The notes under the pieces were generated by a model. The model saw only the letters and a program-made list of their open reading frames with translations, had not been told where the DNA came from and did not search any database. DNA of 64,000 bases. Source: Deferribacterales bacterium (GTDB lineage Bacteria > Chrysiogenota > Deferribacteres > Deferribacterales > Geovibrionaceae). Positions within the stretch are counted from its first letter, which is position 1. Each line of letters opens with the position of its first letter. Positions 18,956 through 29,385 of this stretch are shown here, one piece after another. Made by a program: the position numbers and the translations under genes. Location: positions 278,596-342,595 of the forward strand of contig JBFWMA010000002.1 in the NCBI GenBank assembly GCA_050251875.1, in the 5' to 3' direction.

Positions 18956-19360
18956 ATGAAACTTAATACACTTGTTCTCGCCTCTGTCTTCGCTCTGATG
19001 GGCATAATGTGGGGATGTGTAGCGGCGCCTGTTGTCGTTGCCGGAGCCGCTGGGGGCGGTGCGGTATATTCCGTTACGGCGGATACTGTTACAGATACTT
19101 TTACCATGTCTAAAGAGCAGGCCTTCGAGGTTATGATCGGCATACTGAACTCTCAGGACGCCAAGATAACACTGTCTAGCATCTCTGACGGCAAGATCAA
19201 TGCCCAGATAGAAAAATCACTGGTATATGTATCTATCGAGCAGTTCAACGCAGACAGCATCAAGCTGGTTATCAACGCTAAAAAACACATTGAGTTTCTG
19301 CCTGATAAAGACACAGCAGTCAGGATATACAGACTCTTCATCAAGGAAACCACTAGATGA
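18956..19360 (+). CDS. Lipoprotein, DUF3568-like
   Basis: Signal peptide with lipobox (MWGC) followed by VAGAAGGGA; AAGGAG RBS. Confidence 0.7.
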   Translation: MKLNTLVLASVFALMGIMWGCVAAPVVVAGAAGGGAVYSVTADTVTDTFTMSKEQAFEVMIGILNSQDAKITLSSISDGKINAQIEKSLVYVSIEQFNADSIKLVINAKKHIEFLPDKDTAVRIYRLFIKETTR

Positions 19361-19806
19361 TAAGAAAAGCCGTTATGTCTGATGCCAAAAACATTCAGAC
19401 ACTTATAAACAGCTTTGCCAAGACCGGGCTCATGCTTCCGGTCAGCATCAACGAAATATATGAAAAGATTCTGGAATTCACCGTGTGGGATGAAGACGGG
19501 CAGATATTAGGCTGCTGCGCCATGCATCCCACATGGGAAAATCTGGCGGAGATACGCTCTGTGGCGGTGGACAGCACCTGCTTTAAAAAGGGCATAGGAA
19601 CCGCCGTGGTGGAGAGCGCCATGCAGATGGCGAGAGACGTGGGCATCACCGATGCTTTTCTGCTGACATATCAGCCGGGATTCTTCGCCAAGCTGGGCTT
19701 CGCCGAAATAGAGAAGGAGTTTCTTCCGAAAAAGATCTGGTCGGACTGTCTGAAATGCGCAAAATTTCCTGACTGTGACGAGATCGCAATGAAACGTACA
19801 TTATGA
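19357..19806 (+). CDS. GNAT N-acetyltransferase (short ArgA-like amino-acid acetyltransferase)
   Basis: IRKA, GLMLP, LAEIRSVAV, GIGT, FLLTYQPGFF.KLGF, LPKKIWSDCLKC.KFP.CDE. Confidence 0.8.
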   Translation: MIRKAVMSDAKNIQTLINSFAKTGLMLPVSINEIYEKILEFTVWDEDGQILGCCAMHPTWENLAEIRSVAVDSTCFKKGIGTAVVESAMQMARDVGITDAFLLTYQPGFFAKLGFAEIEKEFLPKKIWSDCLKCAKFPDCDEIAMKRTL

Positions 19807-21125
19807 TTGATAATTTTCGCCGTCTTATTGATAAATACAGTACATTCTATGACAATATATCTGTGTGCGTCACGGAATCCGGATCAAAAAGCGTTCAGCT
19901 GAACGGTTTTGAGCTGGAGAATATCGAAGTATCTGACGATGTGTCCGTCTCTGTCCGGGCTTATAAGGACGGAAGACTGATCGCCTTCGGATATGACGGC
20001 TCGGACACAGATTTCGCTGACGCCAGCCTCAGAGATCATCAGAAAATCATCTCTCTTCTTCCTGAAGACTATAACAGATATATTCCGGCTATGGCTGATG
20101 TTTCCATGTCGCCGGAATATGATGAGGATATCCGTGGCGTGGACACAGGCAGACTGATAGCCGCCGCCTCGGATGCGGTCAGAGCCGCTCTGGACAGCGA
20201 CAGCAGGGTGAAATATGTGAAACAGTCCTCAGCGGAGGCTTCTGAACAGAAGAGGACGCTGATTTCCAGAGACGGACTGCTGTCTGACATCAGCACATAT
20301 TATTCTTCATCCGTCTACCTGATAGCCGAAAGCGGCACAGCCGGAAACAGCGGAGGACAGGACGCTTACGGGGTTGCGGACTCTGTGTATTTCAGCGGAC
20401 TGAGCCACACGCAGGCGGCCAGAGAAGCGGCGGACAAGGCATGCGGGCTTCTGAACCCGAAGAGGCTCAGGACAGCGAAATACGGCATTCTGTTTACTCC
20501 GGAGGTTACGGCTGAGTTCCTCGACCTGATACTGGAGCTGGTAAACGCCGAAAACGTTTATAAAAATATGAGTATTCTCGCTGGGAAACTGGGTGACAAA
20601 TGCGCATCCGGTCTGACACTGACGGATGATCCGTTTATAAAAAGAGGGACGGGATCCAGATTTTTTGACAGCGAAGGACAGACTTCTCAGAAAACTATTA
20701 TATTTAATAACGGTTTGCTGGAATCTTATCTCCATAACAGCTACACTGCGAAAGCCATGGGCATGAAAAACACCGCAAACGCCGTGATGATCAAAAACGG
20801 CAATGTCGGCATATCCTGCTCAAATGTGAAAATTGACGCTACCACCGATAAAAAACCTTACGATTTTATGAGCGAATATGTTAAAGTCTCTGAGGTCATG
20901 GGGATGCACACCGCCGATGTTGTCAGCGGTGATTTTTCCGTGGGGATATCAGGGATTTATTATAAAAACGGCGAGCCGGCGCACGCTTTCAGAGAAGCGG
21001 TGCTGTCCGGAAATCTCAAGGACATGCTGAACAGCCTGATTCATGTTTTTGACAACCATAAAACCTTCGGCGGGATAACATCCGCCGCTGCGCTTTTTGA
21101 TAAAATGACTGTGAGCGGGGAATAA
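19803..21125 (+). CDS. TldD/PmbA family protein (PmbA/TldE-like)
   Basis: LTDDP...GSRFFDSEG, YLHNSYTA, GMHTAD.VSGDFSVG, GNL.DML. Confidence 0.85.
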   Translation: MIDNFRRLIDKYSTFYDNISVCVTESGSKSVQLNGFELENIEVSDDVSVSVRAYKDGRLIAFGYDGSDTDFADASLRDHQKIISLLPEDYNRYIPAMADVSMSPEYDEDIRGVDTGRLIAAASDAVRAALDSDSRVKYVKQSSAEASEQKRTLISRDGLLSDISTYYSSSVYLIAESGTAGNSGGQDAYGVADSVYFSGLSHTQAAREAADKACGLLNPKRLRTAKYGILFTPEVTAEFLDLILELVNAENVYKNMSILAGKLGDKCASGLTLTDDPFIKRGTGSRFFDSEGQTSQKTIIFNNGLLESYLHNSYTAKAMGMKNTANAVMIKNGNVGISCSNVKIDATTDKKPYDFMSEYVKVSEVMGMHTADVVSGDFSVGISGIYYKNGEPAHAFREAVLSGNLKDMLNSLIHVFDNHKTFGGITSAAALFDKMTVSGE

Positions 21126-21131
21126 CTCATT

Positions 21132-22247
21132 ATGATGATTGACGAAATATTAAGCGAAACCGAAAAACTGAACAAAGAGGTGCAGAGTTTCGCCACCGCT
21201 ATGAACGAAGACGAGCTGAGAAAAAAGATAGCGAAAATAGATGAAATGTCCATGAACGACCCTGATTTCTGGAGCAAACAGGAATCCAAGCTCGTTCTGA
21301 AAGAGCAGGCGGTTCTGAAGAAAAAGCTGGAATCATGGGAAGAGCTGAAGACTCTCAGAGACGATATGGAAGTTCTTCTCGACCTGGTAAAAGAGGGCGA
21401 AGAGGGGCTGGAAGGCGATATAGATCAGGCTCTTAAGGCTTTCTCTAAGAAGGTCAGCGAGTTCGAGCTTCAGCTTGTGCTCAGCGGACCCAACGACGCC
21501 AACAACGCCATCGTGACGATCAACTCCGGAGCGGGCGGCACAGAGGCGAGCGACTGGGCATCCATGCTCTACAGAATGTATACACACTTTGCTGAGAATA
21601 AAGGCTATAAATGCGAGATTCTGGACTATATGGACGGTGACGAGGCGGGCATAAAGAACGCCACTATCAACATAAAGGGTCCGTTCTGCTATGGATATCT
21701 TAAGGGTGAGACGGGCGTTCACAGGCTTGTGCGCATATCTCCTTTCGACTCAGCCAACAGAAGACACACATCATTCGCCGCTGTTTTCGTAATGCCCGAG
21801 ATAGAGGACGATATTGAAGTGGATATCAACGAGAGCGATCTCCAGATAGACACATACAGAGCAGGAGGAGCGGGCGGACAGCATATCAACACCACAGACT
21901 CCGCTGTGCGCATCACGCACGCTCCCACAGGCATTGTTGTCACATGTCAGTCTGAAAGAAGCCAGCACAAGAACAAGGCGCACGCCATGAAGATCCTCAA
22001 ATCAAGGATTTATGAATATGAGCTGGCGAAAAAGAACGAAGAGAAACAGAAGCTGGAAAGCACCAAGACCGACATCGGCTGGGGCAACCAGATCAGATCA
22101 TATGTTATGCATCCATATAAAATGGTAAAGGACCTGCGCACCAGACATGAGACCGGAAACGTGGATTCCGTGATGGACGGAAACCTGGACGGATTCATTC
22201 GCTCATACCTTCTGCACAGTGCGGGAATCGACAATGACAAAGACTAA
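21132..22247 (+). CDS. prfB: Peptide chain release factor 2
   Basis: SPF stop-recognition motif (RISPFD), GGQ (GAGGQHIN), WGNQIRSY; continuous ORF. Confidence 0.96.
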   Translation: MMIDEILSETEKLNKEVQSFATAMNEDELRKKIAKIDEMSMNDPDFWSKQESKLVLKEQAVLKKKLESWEELKTLRDDMEVLLDLVKEGEEGLEGDIDQALKAFSKKVSEFELQLVLSGPNDANNAIVTINSGAGGTEASDWASMLYRMYTHFAENKGYKCEILDYMDGDEAGIKNATINIKGPFCYGYLKGETGVHRLVRISPFDSANRRHTSFAAVFVMPEIEDDIEVDINESDLQIDTYRAGGAGGQHINTTDSAVRITHAPTGIVVTCQSERSQHKNKAHAMKILKSRIYEYELAKKNEEKQKLESTKTDIGWGNQIRSYVMHPYKMVKDLRTRHETGNVDSVMDGNLDGFIRSYLLHSAGIDNDKD

Positions 22248-23322
22248 GATCAAATCCCTAAGGCCGACATACGCAGAGATCGACCTTGCCGCCTTCGGGC
22301 ATAATATCGAAGCCGCCAGACAGAAGGCGGGCACAGACATCATAGCCATAGTAAAGGCGGACGGCTATGGACACGGAGCGATGAAGCTGGCGGCATACGC
22401 CTATGAACAGCACAGAGTGAAGCGTTTCGGCGTTGCCACTATTCTGGAAGGGATGATTCTCAGGGAATATCTGGGCTCAGAACCGATGATATTCATTCTG
22501 GGATATGTGGATGAGGATTTTTTTGACGATGTGCTGGAATACAACCTTATCCTGACTATGGTGGATGAGAAATTCGCCGGATGTTTCAACAGCTATCTGG
22601 GCAAACAGAACAGACACGCATACGTCTCTGTTAAAATAGACACTGGTATGAACAGGCTCGGTTTTTCGCCGGATATGGTCTGGGCGGATTTTCTGAACAG
22701 ATACGAAAACCTGCGCCCCATACATGTTATGAGTCACCTGTCATCATCCGATTCTGATGTGGAATATTCCGCCTCTCAGATCGAGATTTTCGACAGCTAT
22801 ATCAAAAGAAACAACATCACATGTCACTCCAGCCTGTATAACTCGTCAGGCGTTTCCGGATTTGACAATAAATTTTCGCTGGCTCGCCCGGGGCTGATGC
22901 TTTACGGCTATATATACGGCGAAAACAGTGTTACACTGAAAAAGGTGATGCGCATCTACTCTAAGGTTGTGCATGTGAAACAGATCAGAAAGGGCGAGGC
23001 GGTCAGCTATAACAGGCGTTTTTTCGCTCAGAAAGACATGACATACGGCGTGGTGCCGATAGGCTATGCGGACGGATATCAGAGATGTTTTACCAATGTG
23101 AGCCATATGCTGGTGAACGGCGTGAAATGTCCCGTGATAGGCACAATCTGTATGGATATGACTATGATAGACCTTTCTGGGGTGGACACCAACGGTGAAA
23201 TGGTGGTAGAAATATTAGGTGACAATATAGGAGCGGATCAGTGGGCGGAATGGGCAGGCACCATTTCCTATGAAATGCTCTGCGGGATATCCGACAGGAT
23301 ACCCAGAATATATATAGGCTGA
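22234..23322 (+). CDS. alr: Alanine racemase
   Basis: VKADGYGHG, KIDTGMNRLG, GYADG, CMDM, TISYE. Confidence 0.95.
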   Translation: MTKTKIKSLRPTYAEIDLAAFGHNIEAARQKAGTDIIAIVKADGYGHGAMKLAAYAYEQHRVKRFGVATILEGMILREYLGSEPMIFILGYVDEDFFDDVLEYNLILTMVDEKFAGCFNSYLGKQNRHAYVSVKIDTGMNRLGFSPDMVWADFLNRYENLRPIHVMSHLSSSDSDVEYSASQIEIFDSYIKRNNITCHSSLYNSSGVSGFDNKFSLARPGLMLYGYIYGENSVTLKKVMRIYSKVVHVKQIRKGEAVSYNRRFFAQKDMTYGVVPIGYADGYQRCFTNVSHMLVNGVKCPVIGTICMDMTMIDLSGVDTNGEMVVEILGDNIGADQWAEWAGTISYEMLCGISDRIPRIYIG

Positions 23323-23329
23323 GGCGGTT

Positions 23330-24100
23330 TTGAATAAATTTTTGTCTTTATTAGGAGCACCTTTTCTTAACCTTGTGGATATTACGGGACAGATGTCTGT
23401 ACTGTTCTTCACTACACTCAGGCTCATTTTCAAAAAGCCATTCAGAACAAGACTCCTTTTAAAACAGATAGAGTTCATAGGCGCTAACTCATTATCGGTT
23501 ATCGTGCTCACAGGCAGTTTCACCGGGATGGTTTTCGCTTTTCAGAGTTATATCGGCTTTCACAAGTTCGGCGCGGATCAGCTCGTGGGTACTGTTGTGG
23601 CGCTGGGCATGGCAAGGGAGCTTGGTCCTGTTCTCTCTTCCATAATGGTTGCCGCCCGTGCTGGATCAGCCATCACGGCAGAGATAGGCACCATGAAAGT
23701 GACAGAACAGGTAGACGCTCTGAACGCTCTGGCTGTTGACCCTATCCACTATCTTTTTGTTCCCAGAATACTCGCCGGGTTTATCGTTATGCCCATGCTG
23801 AACGCCATCGCAGTTTTCTGCGGTATAGTCGGCGGAGCGGTTGTCGGCGTGAAAGTTCTCGGGATCAACAAAACACTTTACCTGCAATATATGTACACCT
23901 ACATAGAACTGGACGATTTCATCAACGGCATGATCAAGTCTTTCGTTTTCGGAGGGCTGGTTACACTCGTTGGATGCTATAAAGGATATATGACAAGAGG
24001 CGGAGCGGAAGGAGTGGGCAGAGCCACAACAGAATCCGTGGTTCTGGCGTGTATCCTGATACTTGTTTTCGACTATATACTTACCGCTTTCATGTTTTAG
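23330..24100 (+). CDS. mlaE: MlaE family lipid ABC transporter permease
   Basis: RELGPVL...AARAGSAITAEIGTMKVTEQVDAL, GGAEGVGRATT. Confidence 0.92.
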   Translation: MNKFLSLLGAPFLNLVDITGQMSVLFFTTLRLIFKKPFRTRLLLKQIEFIGANSLSVIVLTGSFTGMVFAFQSYIGFHKFGADQLVGTVVALGMARELGPVLSSIMVAARAGSAITAEIGTMKVTEQVDALNALAVDPIHYLFVPRILAGFIVMPMLNAIAVFCGIVGGAVVGVKVLGINKTLYLQYMYTYIELDDFINGMIKSFVFGGLVTLVGCYKGYMTRGGAEGVGRATTESVVLACILILVFDYILTAFMF

Positions 24101-24108
24101 AGGTTTTG

Positions 24109-24864
24109 ATGGAATACGCTATAGAGTGCATCGACCTGCATAAAAGTTTCGGAAGACACCAGATACACAAGGGTATCGACCTTAAGATAGTTAAGGGCGC
24201 TATCACTTACATCATCGGTCCTTCGGGAACAGGGAAGTCTGTGCTCTTAAAACAGCTCTGCGGGCTGATGCCGCCCACCAAAGGAAAGGTTCTGGTGAAC
24301 GGCAGAGACCTGACGCAGATGAAACAGTCCGAGCTGACTGAAATGCGCAAGAAATTCGGCATACTTTTTCAGAACGCCGCTCTTTTCGACTCTATGAACG
24401 TGTTCGAAAACGTGGCTTTTCCTCTGGTGGAGCACACTAAGCTGTCTAAGAACGAGATAGCGAAGATAGTGTCGGAGAAGCTGAGGCTGGTCGGTCTGCG
24501 TGATGTGGAGCAGAAGATGCCTTCCGAGCTTTCCGGCGGTATGAGAAAAAGGGTGGGGCTTGCCAGAGCCATCGCTCTGGAACCGGAGATAATATTATAT
24601 GACGAGCCGACAACAGGGCTCGATCCGATAATGTGCGATGCTGTGGACAACCTGATTCACGACACACAGAAAGAGCTGGGGATTACATCCATTGTCATCT
24701 CCCACGATATAGAGAGCACTTTGAAAATCGCTGACTACATAGCGATGCTTTACGATGGAAAGGTGGTGCTTTACGGCACGCCTGAAGAGTTTAAAACTAC
24801 TGAAAACCCTTATGTGAGGCAGTTTTTCTCCGCTTCTAAAGAGGGTCCGATCAACATAATTTAA
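24109..24864 (+). CDS. mlaF: MlaF family ABC ATP-binding protein
   Basis: GPSGTGKS, FQNAALFDS, ELSGGMRKRVGLARA, YDEPTTGLDP. Confidence 0.92.
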   Translation: MEYAIECIDLHKSFGRHQIHKGIDLKIVKGAITYIIGPSGTGKSVLLKQLCGLMPPTKGKVLVNGRDLTQMKQSELTEMRKKFGILFQNAALFDSMNVFENVAFPLVEHTKLSKNEIAKIVSEKLRLVGLRDVEQKMPSELSGGMRKRVGLARAIALEPEIILYDEPTTGLDPIMCDAVDNLIHDTQKELGITSIVISHDIESTLKIADYIAMLYDGKVVLYGTPEEFKTTENPYVRQFFSASKEGPINII

Positions 24865-24876
24865 CCGGAGCGTTTT

Positions 24877-26442
24877 ATGAACATGGGACTTGAGGCTAAA
24901 GTAGGATTATTTGTTGTGGGGTGTTTACTCCTGATCAGCGCCATGTCGCTGAAGCTGGTGGATTTTGATATATCCGGCAGTTCAGGAACCCGTATTCAGG
25001 CTGTTCTGGATGATGCGGCTGGTCTGACAAAAGACGCCGTTGTTATCTTCAGCGGTGTAGAGGTGGGCAAGGTGACCGACCTCCAGCTGAAAGACGGAAA
25101 AGCCGTTGTCTCCATGCTGATAAACAAAGAATACACTCTGCCGTCCAACATCTCTCTGGCCGTACGCTCCAAAGGCTTTCTGGGAGAGAAATACGCTGAG
25201 CTGAAAGTGAAAGGCGAAAGCGCTGACGGTATGCTGGCTGAAAACGACACAATATCAGCGGAAGCAGGCGGAACCGATTTCGACCAGCTGGGCAACAAGC
25301 TGGGCGATATAGCCGATGATGTGAAAGCTATCACCGCCTCTCTGAAAGAGGTTCTGGCGACCCAGCAGGCGAGAGAGAACATGACTGTTTCTCTTCAGAA
25401 TATCAGAGAGATAACAGATGCCGTAAACCACATTGTCGCTCAGAACGAGCAGAGGGTTAACGCCATCATCTATAACATTGACGTGCTCACAGCCAGACTG
25501 GCTGATATAACCACTAACAACGCCGAAGGCATCAACCAGATAGTGGACAACATAAATGCCCTGACAGCGGAGCTGAGACAGCAGACTCCGGACATCGCCT
25601 CCAACCTGAAAAATATCACGGGCGATGTGAACGATATAGTCAGCGGAAACAAAGACAACATAAACGGTACTCTGAAAAACATGAACACCGTTACTACAAA
25701 ACTTGAGAAAACTGTTGATAACCTTAATGATATCACTGGTAAGATCAATGAGGGCAAAGGCAGTATAGGAAAACTGGTGAACGAAGAAGAGACGGTGGAA
25801 AACCTGAACGGCGCCCTGAAAGGTCTGAAAGACACTCTGGGCAAAATGAACGAGTTCAAAGTTGACCTCGCTTTCTTCGCAGAAAAATACGGCAACATAG
25901 ACGAAGGTCAGGGACACTTCACACTGAAGATCACTCCCAGCCACAAAAGATACTATCTGCTGGGGCTGAACAGCAACCCCACAGGCACCACAAAAAAGAC
26001 AACCGTGTCTGAAGTCGCCGACTATTCATACGGCACAGGCGGCACAGAGGGCGACTACAGCAGAACAGTAACCAAGAGAGAGACATCCGACAACATGACA
26101 TACACACTGATGTACGCTCACAGATTCTGGGAGAAATTCCACTTCCGTGTGGGTCTGGAGGAATCAGAAGCCGGGATAGGTCTGGATTATCACCCTCTGA
26201 AGGATGAAGACAAGCTGGTGTTCTCTGTGGATGCTTTCGACTTTCCTGATAAAGATGATGACTATAAAACACATATAAAAGCTACCGCAAAATATGTGCT
26301 TTATAAAAATATATTCCTCCACGGCGGTTATGACAACTTCCTGAATGATGACAGAAGATCATATTTCGTGGGCGGCGGTGTTCAGTTCAGCGATGACGAT
26401 CTGAAATATCTGCTGGGCAAAATGCCTGTTCCCCTGAACTGA
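24877..26442 (+). CDS. mlaD: Long MlaD/MCE protein with helical region and C-terminal beta-rich domain
   Basis: EAKVGLFV TM, MCE domain (AAGL...V..SGVEVGKV...GFLGEKY), heptad helical repeats, aromatic-rich C-terminal strands. Confidence 0.88.
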   Translation: MNMGLEAKVGLFVVGCLLLISAMSLKLVDFDISGSSGTRIQAVLDDAAGLTKDAVVIFSGVEVGKVTDLQLKDGKAVVSMLINKEYTLPSNISLAVRSKGFLGEKYAELKVKGESADGMLAENDTISAEAGGTDFDQLGNKLGDIADDVKAITASLKEVLATQQARENMTVSLQNIREITDAVNHIVAQNEQRVNAIIYNIDVLTARLADITTNNAEGINQIVDNINALTAELRQQTPDIASNLKNITGDVNDIVSGNKDNINGTLKNMNTVTTKLEKTVDNLNDITGKINEGKGSIGKLVNEEETVENLNGALKGLKDTLGKMNEFKVDLAFFAEKYGNIDEGQGHFTLKITPSHKRYYLLGLNSNPTGTTKKTTVSEVADYSYGTGGTEGDYSRTVTKRETSDNMTYTLMYAHRFWEKFHFRVGLEESEAGIGLDYHPLKDEDKLVFSVDAFDFPDKDDDYKTHIKATAKYVLYKNIFLHGGYDNFLNDDRRSYFVGGGVQFSDDDLKYLLGKMPVPLN

Positions 26443-26443
26443 T

Positions 26444-27232
26444 ATGGAGCTGTCACTCGGAATATCCACATGCCCGAACGACACATATATCTTCGGGGCG
26501 CTGTTAGAGGGATTTGTTAAAACAGAGCATACGTTCGACCTGTTCATGGACGATGTGCAGGTGCTGAACAACATGGCTCTGAAAGCCGAAAGAGACATTC
26601 TGAAAGTATCTTACGGCGTTGTCCCTATGGTTCTGGATAACTATCGTGTGCTGAGGTCGGGCGGTGCGCTCGGGTTCGGCTGCGGTCCTCTGGTTGTCTC
26701 CGCATCAGATACTCCCGTTGAAAACCTTAAAGGCAGAAAGATCGCCATCCCCGGCGTTAATACCAGCGCTTTCAGATTTTTCAAAATGTTCTTCGGAGAG
26801 GATTACGACTTCGTTGAGCTTCGGTTCGACATGATTATGCCCGCCATAGCCTCCGGCGATGTCGCCGCCGGAGTGATAATCCACGAAGGGCGCTTCGTCT
26901 ATCAGAACATGCACCTGAAAAAGCTCTGTGATCTGGGCGAGCTCTATGAAAAAAGATTCAATTCTCCCATCCCGCTGGGCGCTATTATCATCAGAAAAGA
27001 TAAAGCGCACATGGCGCCGGAGATCAACCGTATTATAAAAGAATCCATTATTTTCGCAGATACTAATTATGATAAAATTGAACCTTTTATCAAAAAACAC
27101 GTTCAGGAAATGGAGGACTCAGTTATCAGAAGCCACATCGGGCTCTATGTAAATGAGTTTTCAAAAAATCTTGATCCTGCTGTGGAAGGTCTGTGTAAAT
27201 TTTTAGACACAGAAATTTCAGTATTTGTTTGA
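26444..27232 (+). CDS. mqnD: 1,4-dihydroxy-6-naphthoate synthase (futalosine menaquinone pathway)
   Basis: STCPNDTYIF, DV..LN, GGALG.GCGP, IIHEGRF.Y, PIPLG, HI.LYVN.FS. Confidence 0.92.
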   Translation: MELSLGISTCPNDTYIFGALLEGFVKTEHTFDLFMDDVQVLNNMALKAERDILKVSYGVVPMVLDNYRVLRSGGALGFGCGPLVVSASDTPVENLKGRKIAIPGVNTSAFRFFKMFFGEDYDFVELRFDMIMPAIASGDVAAGVIIHEGRFVYQNMHLKKLCDLGELYEKRFNSPIPLGAIIIRKDKAHMAPEINRIIKESIIFADTNYDKIEPFIKKHVQEMEDSVIRSHIGLYVNEFSKNLDPAVEGLCKFLDTEISVFV

Positions 27233-27267
27233 TTGCAGAGTCAAAAGGAATCTGATAAATATACTTT

Positions 27268-29385
27268 ATGAAAAAAATCGAACTGCTTCTCGGCATAAGC
27301 AACATCATTCTGAATGCGGATGACACAGGCACCACCCTTGCCAACATCGTGGCATATGTCAAAGAAGCCATCGGAAGCGATGTCTGCTCCATCTATCTGA
27401 AAAATAATAACAGACTGGTTCTTGCCGCCACAGACGGTCTCAGCGAAAACGCCGTGGGCAGTATTTCTCTGGGGCTGGACGAAGGTCTGACAGGACTCAC
27501 ATATACAGCTGACGCGTATACCTTCATCAGAAACGCTCAGCACCACGAGAGATTTCACTATTTCCCCGGTATAAACGAAGAACCATACATGACATACATC
27601 GGCGTTCCGCTGAAAAGCCGTGACCACGAGTTCGGCGTTCTGGTTTTTCAGTTCAGAAAGAACAAGAGAAATTCTGACGCTTTTCAAAAACTGCTGATGG
27701 CTGTCGCCGCTCAGGTATCCGGTCTGGTTCTGCGTCACTATCTGATGCAGTCGGATGACGGCGAAACTTTTGACGACAGCGAGCGCACGGAGAAGGGTGT
27801 TCCTCTGTCCAGCGGTATAGCCATAGGCGAGCCTGTGGTTGTCATGTCTAAGATGATAGAAAAAACTCAGGAGATGATCTCCACAGAGATCGAGCTCATA
27901 GAATTCAGAAAGGCGCTGGACAACACAACGTCTGATCTGAAAGACCTTATAAAAAAGATGGAAGCCGCCAGTCAGGAGATAGCTTCCAGCATTTTCGAGA
28001 CACACCTGATGATGCTGAACGATGTCTCTTTCCGCATGGATATAGAGAACCACATCAGCGAAAAGAATAAGAGCGCCTCTTTCAGCGTCCGCCATGTGGC
28101 AGATAAATATATCAGACGCTTCCGCTCCATAAATGACGCGTATCTGAAGGAGAGGGCGCAGGATATAGAGGACATAGCCACCAGACTTCTGGAGCATCTC
28201 GGCGCCGTGTGCAAAGAGACCAATCTGAGAGACAACAGCGTGGTTTTCGCCAACAGACTGACTCCCGGAGAGACAGCATCCCTCGATCTGGAGCGTGTGT
28301 GCGGATTTGTAACGGAGAAAGACGGGGTAACCAGCCACACAGCCATTCTGGCAAAAAGCAGGAAGATTCCCGCCGTGACAGGTATTTCCAACATACATCA
28401 GAAACTTGAGTCGGCTCACAGCATCATAGTTGACGGGTATGAGGGTTATGTTATTTTTAACCCGACAACCGAAACTGTTGAAAAATATAAAGAAAAGATG
28501 GCTGTTAAAACAGTCCCGATGGAATCGAAAGATTTCGCCTGTCAGCTTATAACTCTTGCTGACGGTTCCAGAGTCAATTTTTACGCCAATATTTCCAGCG
28601 TTCTGGATTCTGAAAAGGCAGCAATGTTCTGTGCGGACGGAATAGGGCTGGTGAGAACAGAGATCTTCTATCTGCGTGATAATACTGAATTTACCATAGA
28701 TTATCAGCTCGAAATATATCGTGAGATAATGAGAGCTTTTCCCGATAAACACGTTGTTTTCAGACTGCTGGACATCGGTTCTGACAAAAAGACTGCCTAT
28801 GAGGCATATGAAGACAACCCGGCTCTGGGCAACAGAGGTGTCAGGCTTCTGCTGACCGACTACATGCCGATGCTCAGAGACCAGCTCACAGCCCTTATCA
28901 GGCTGTCCAGGAGCTATCCGAACATCAAGATTCTGATTCCTTTCATCGCTGATGTGGAGGAATTCTTCAAGGTGAAGAACATAGCCAAAGAGATAGCGGC
29001 GGCGGAGAACACCACGCTTCCCGAGGTTGGCGTGATGCTCGAGATTCCCTCCATCATCTATTCGATGGAGCTGATGCACGGCGAGTGTGCTTTCTTCAGC
29101 ATCGGAACAAACGATATGTTTCAGTATTTCTTCGCTCTAGACAGGGGAAACCCCATGGTGAGCTCACTGTACAGGCTGGATAACCCGGCTTTCTTCAGTC
29201 TGCTCAGGCGTATACTGGAAAAAGCGAAAAACCTTGATATCCCTGTGGAAATATGCGGTGAGATGGCGGCCGATCCTGAGATTCTCATCAAACTGATCGA
29301 TCTGGGCTACCGTGATTTCAGCGTCAGTCCATATGCCCTGAACGAGCTGAAGTACCACCTTATTAATAAGGTAACAAGTAATTGA
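27268..29385 (+). CDS. ptsP: GAF-domain PEP-protein phosphotransferase (Enzyme I-Ntr-like)
   Basis: N-terminal GAF (DVCSIYL...LAATDGL), phospho-His TSHTAILA, GIGLVRTE, NPALGNRG, SIGTND, CGEMAAD. Confidence 0.9.
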   Translation: MKKIELLLGISNIILNADDTGTTLANIVAYVKEAIGSDVCSIYLKNNNRLVLAATDGLSENAVGSISLGLDEGLTGLTYTADAYTFIRNAQHHERFHYFPGINEEPYMTYIGVPLKSRDHEFGVLVFQFRKNKRNSDAFQKLLMAVAAQVSGLVLRHYLMQSDDGETFDDSERTEKGVPLSSGIAIGEPVVVMSKMIEKTQEMISTEIELIEFRKALDNTTSDLKDLIKKMEAASQEIASSIFETHLMMLNDVSFRMDIENHISEKNKSASFSVRHVADKYIRRFRSINDAYLKERAQDIEDIATRLLEHLGAVCKETNLRDNSVVFANRLTPGETASLDLERVCGFVTEKDGVTSHTAILAKSRKIPAVTGISNIHQKLESAHSIIVDGYEGYVIFNPTTETVEKYKEKMAVKTVPMESKDFACQLITLADGSRVNFYANISSVLDSEKAAMFCADGIGLVRTEIFYLRDNTEFTIDYQLEIYREIMRAFPDKHVVFRLLDIGSDKKTAYEAYEDNPALGNRGVRLLLTDYMPMLRDQLTALIRLSRSYPNIKILIPFIADVEEFFKVKNIAKEIAAAENTTLPEVGVMLEIPSIIYSMELMHGECAFFSIGTNDMFQYFFALDRGNPMVSSLYRLDNPAFFSLLRRILEKAKNLDIPVEICGEMAADPEILIKLIDLGYRDFSVSPYALNELKYHLINKVTSN

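Noticed and set aside
27241..29079. 612-aa antisense ORF
   Set aside because: Shadow frame of ptsP produced by codon bias, with no motifs. The same applies to other long antisense ORFs (2239-3189, 4905-5717, 45443-46570, 34783-35592).
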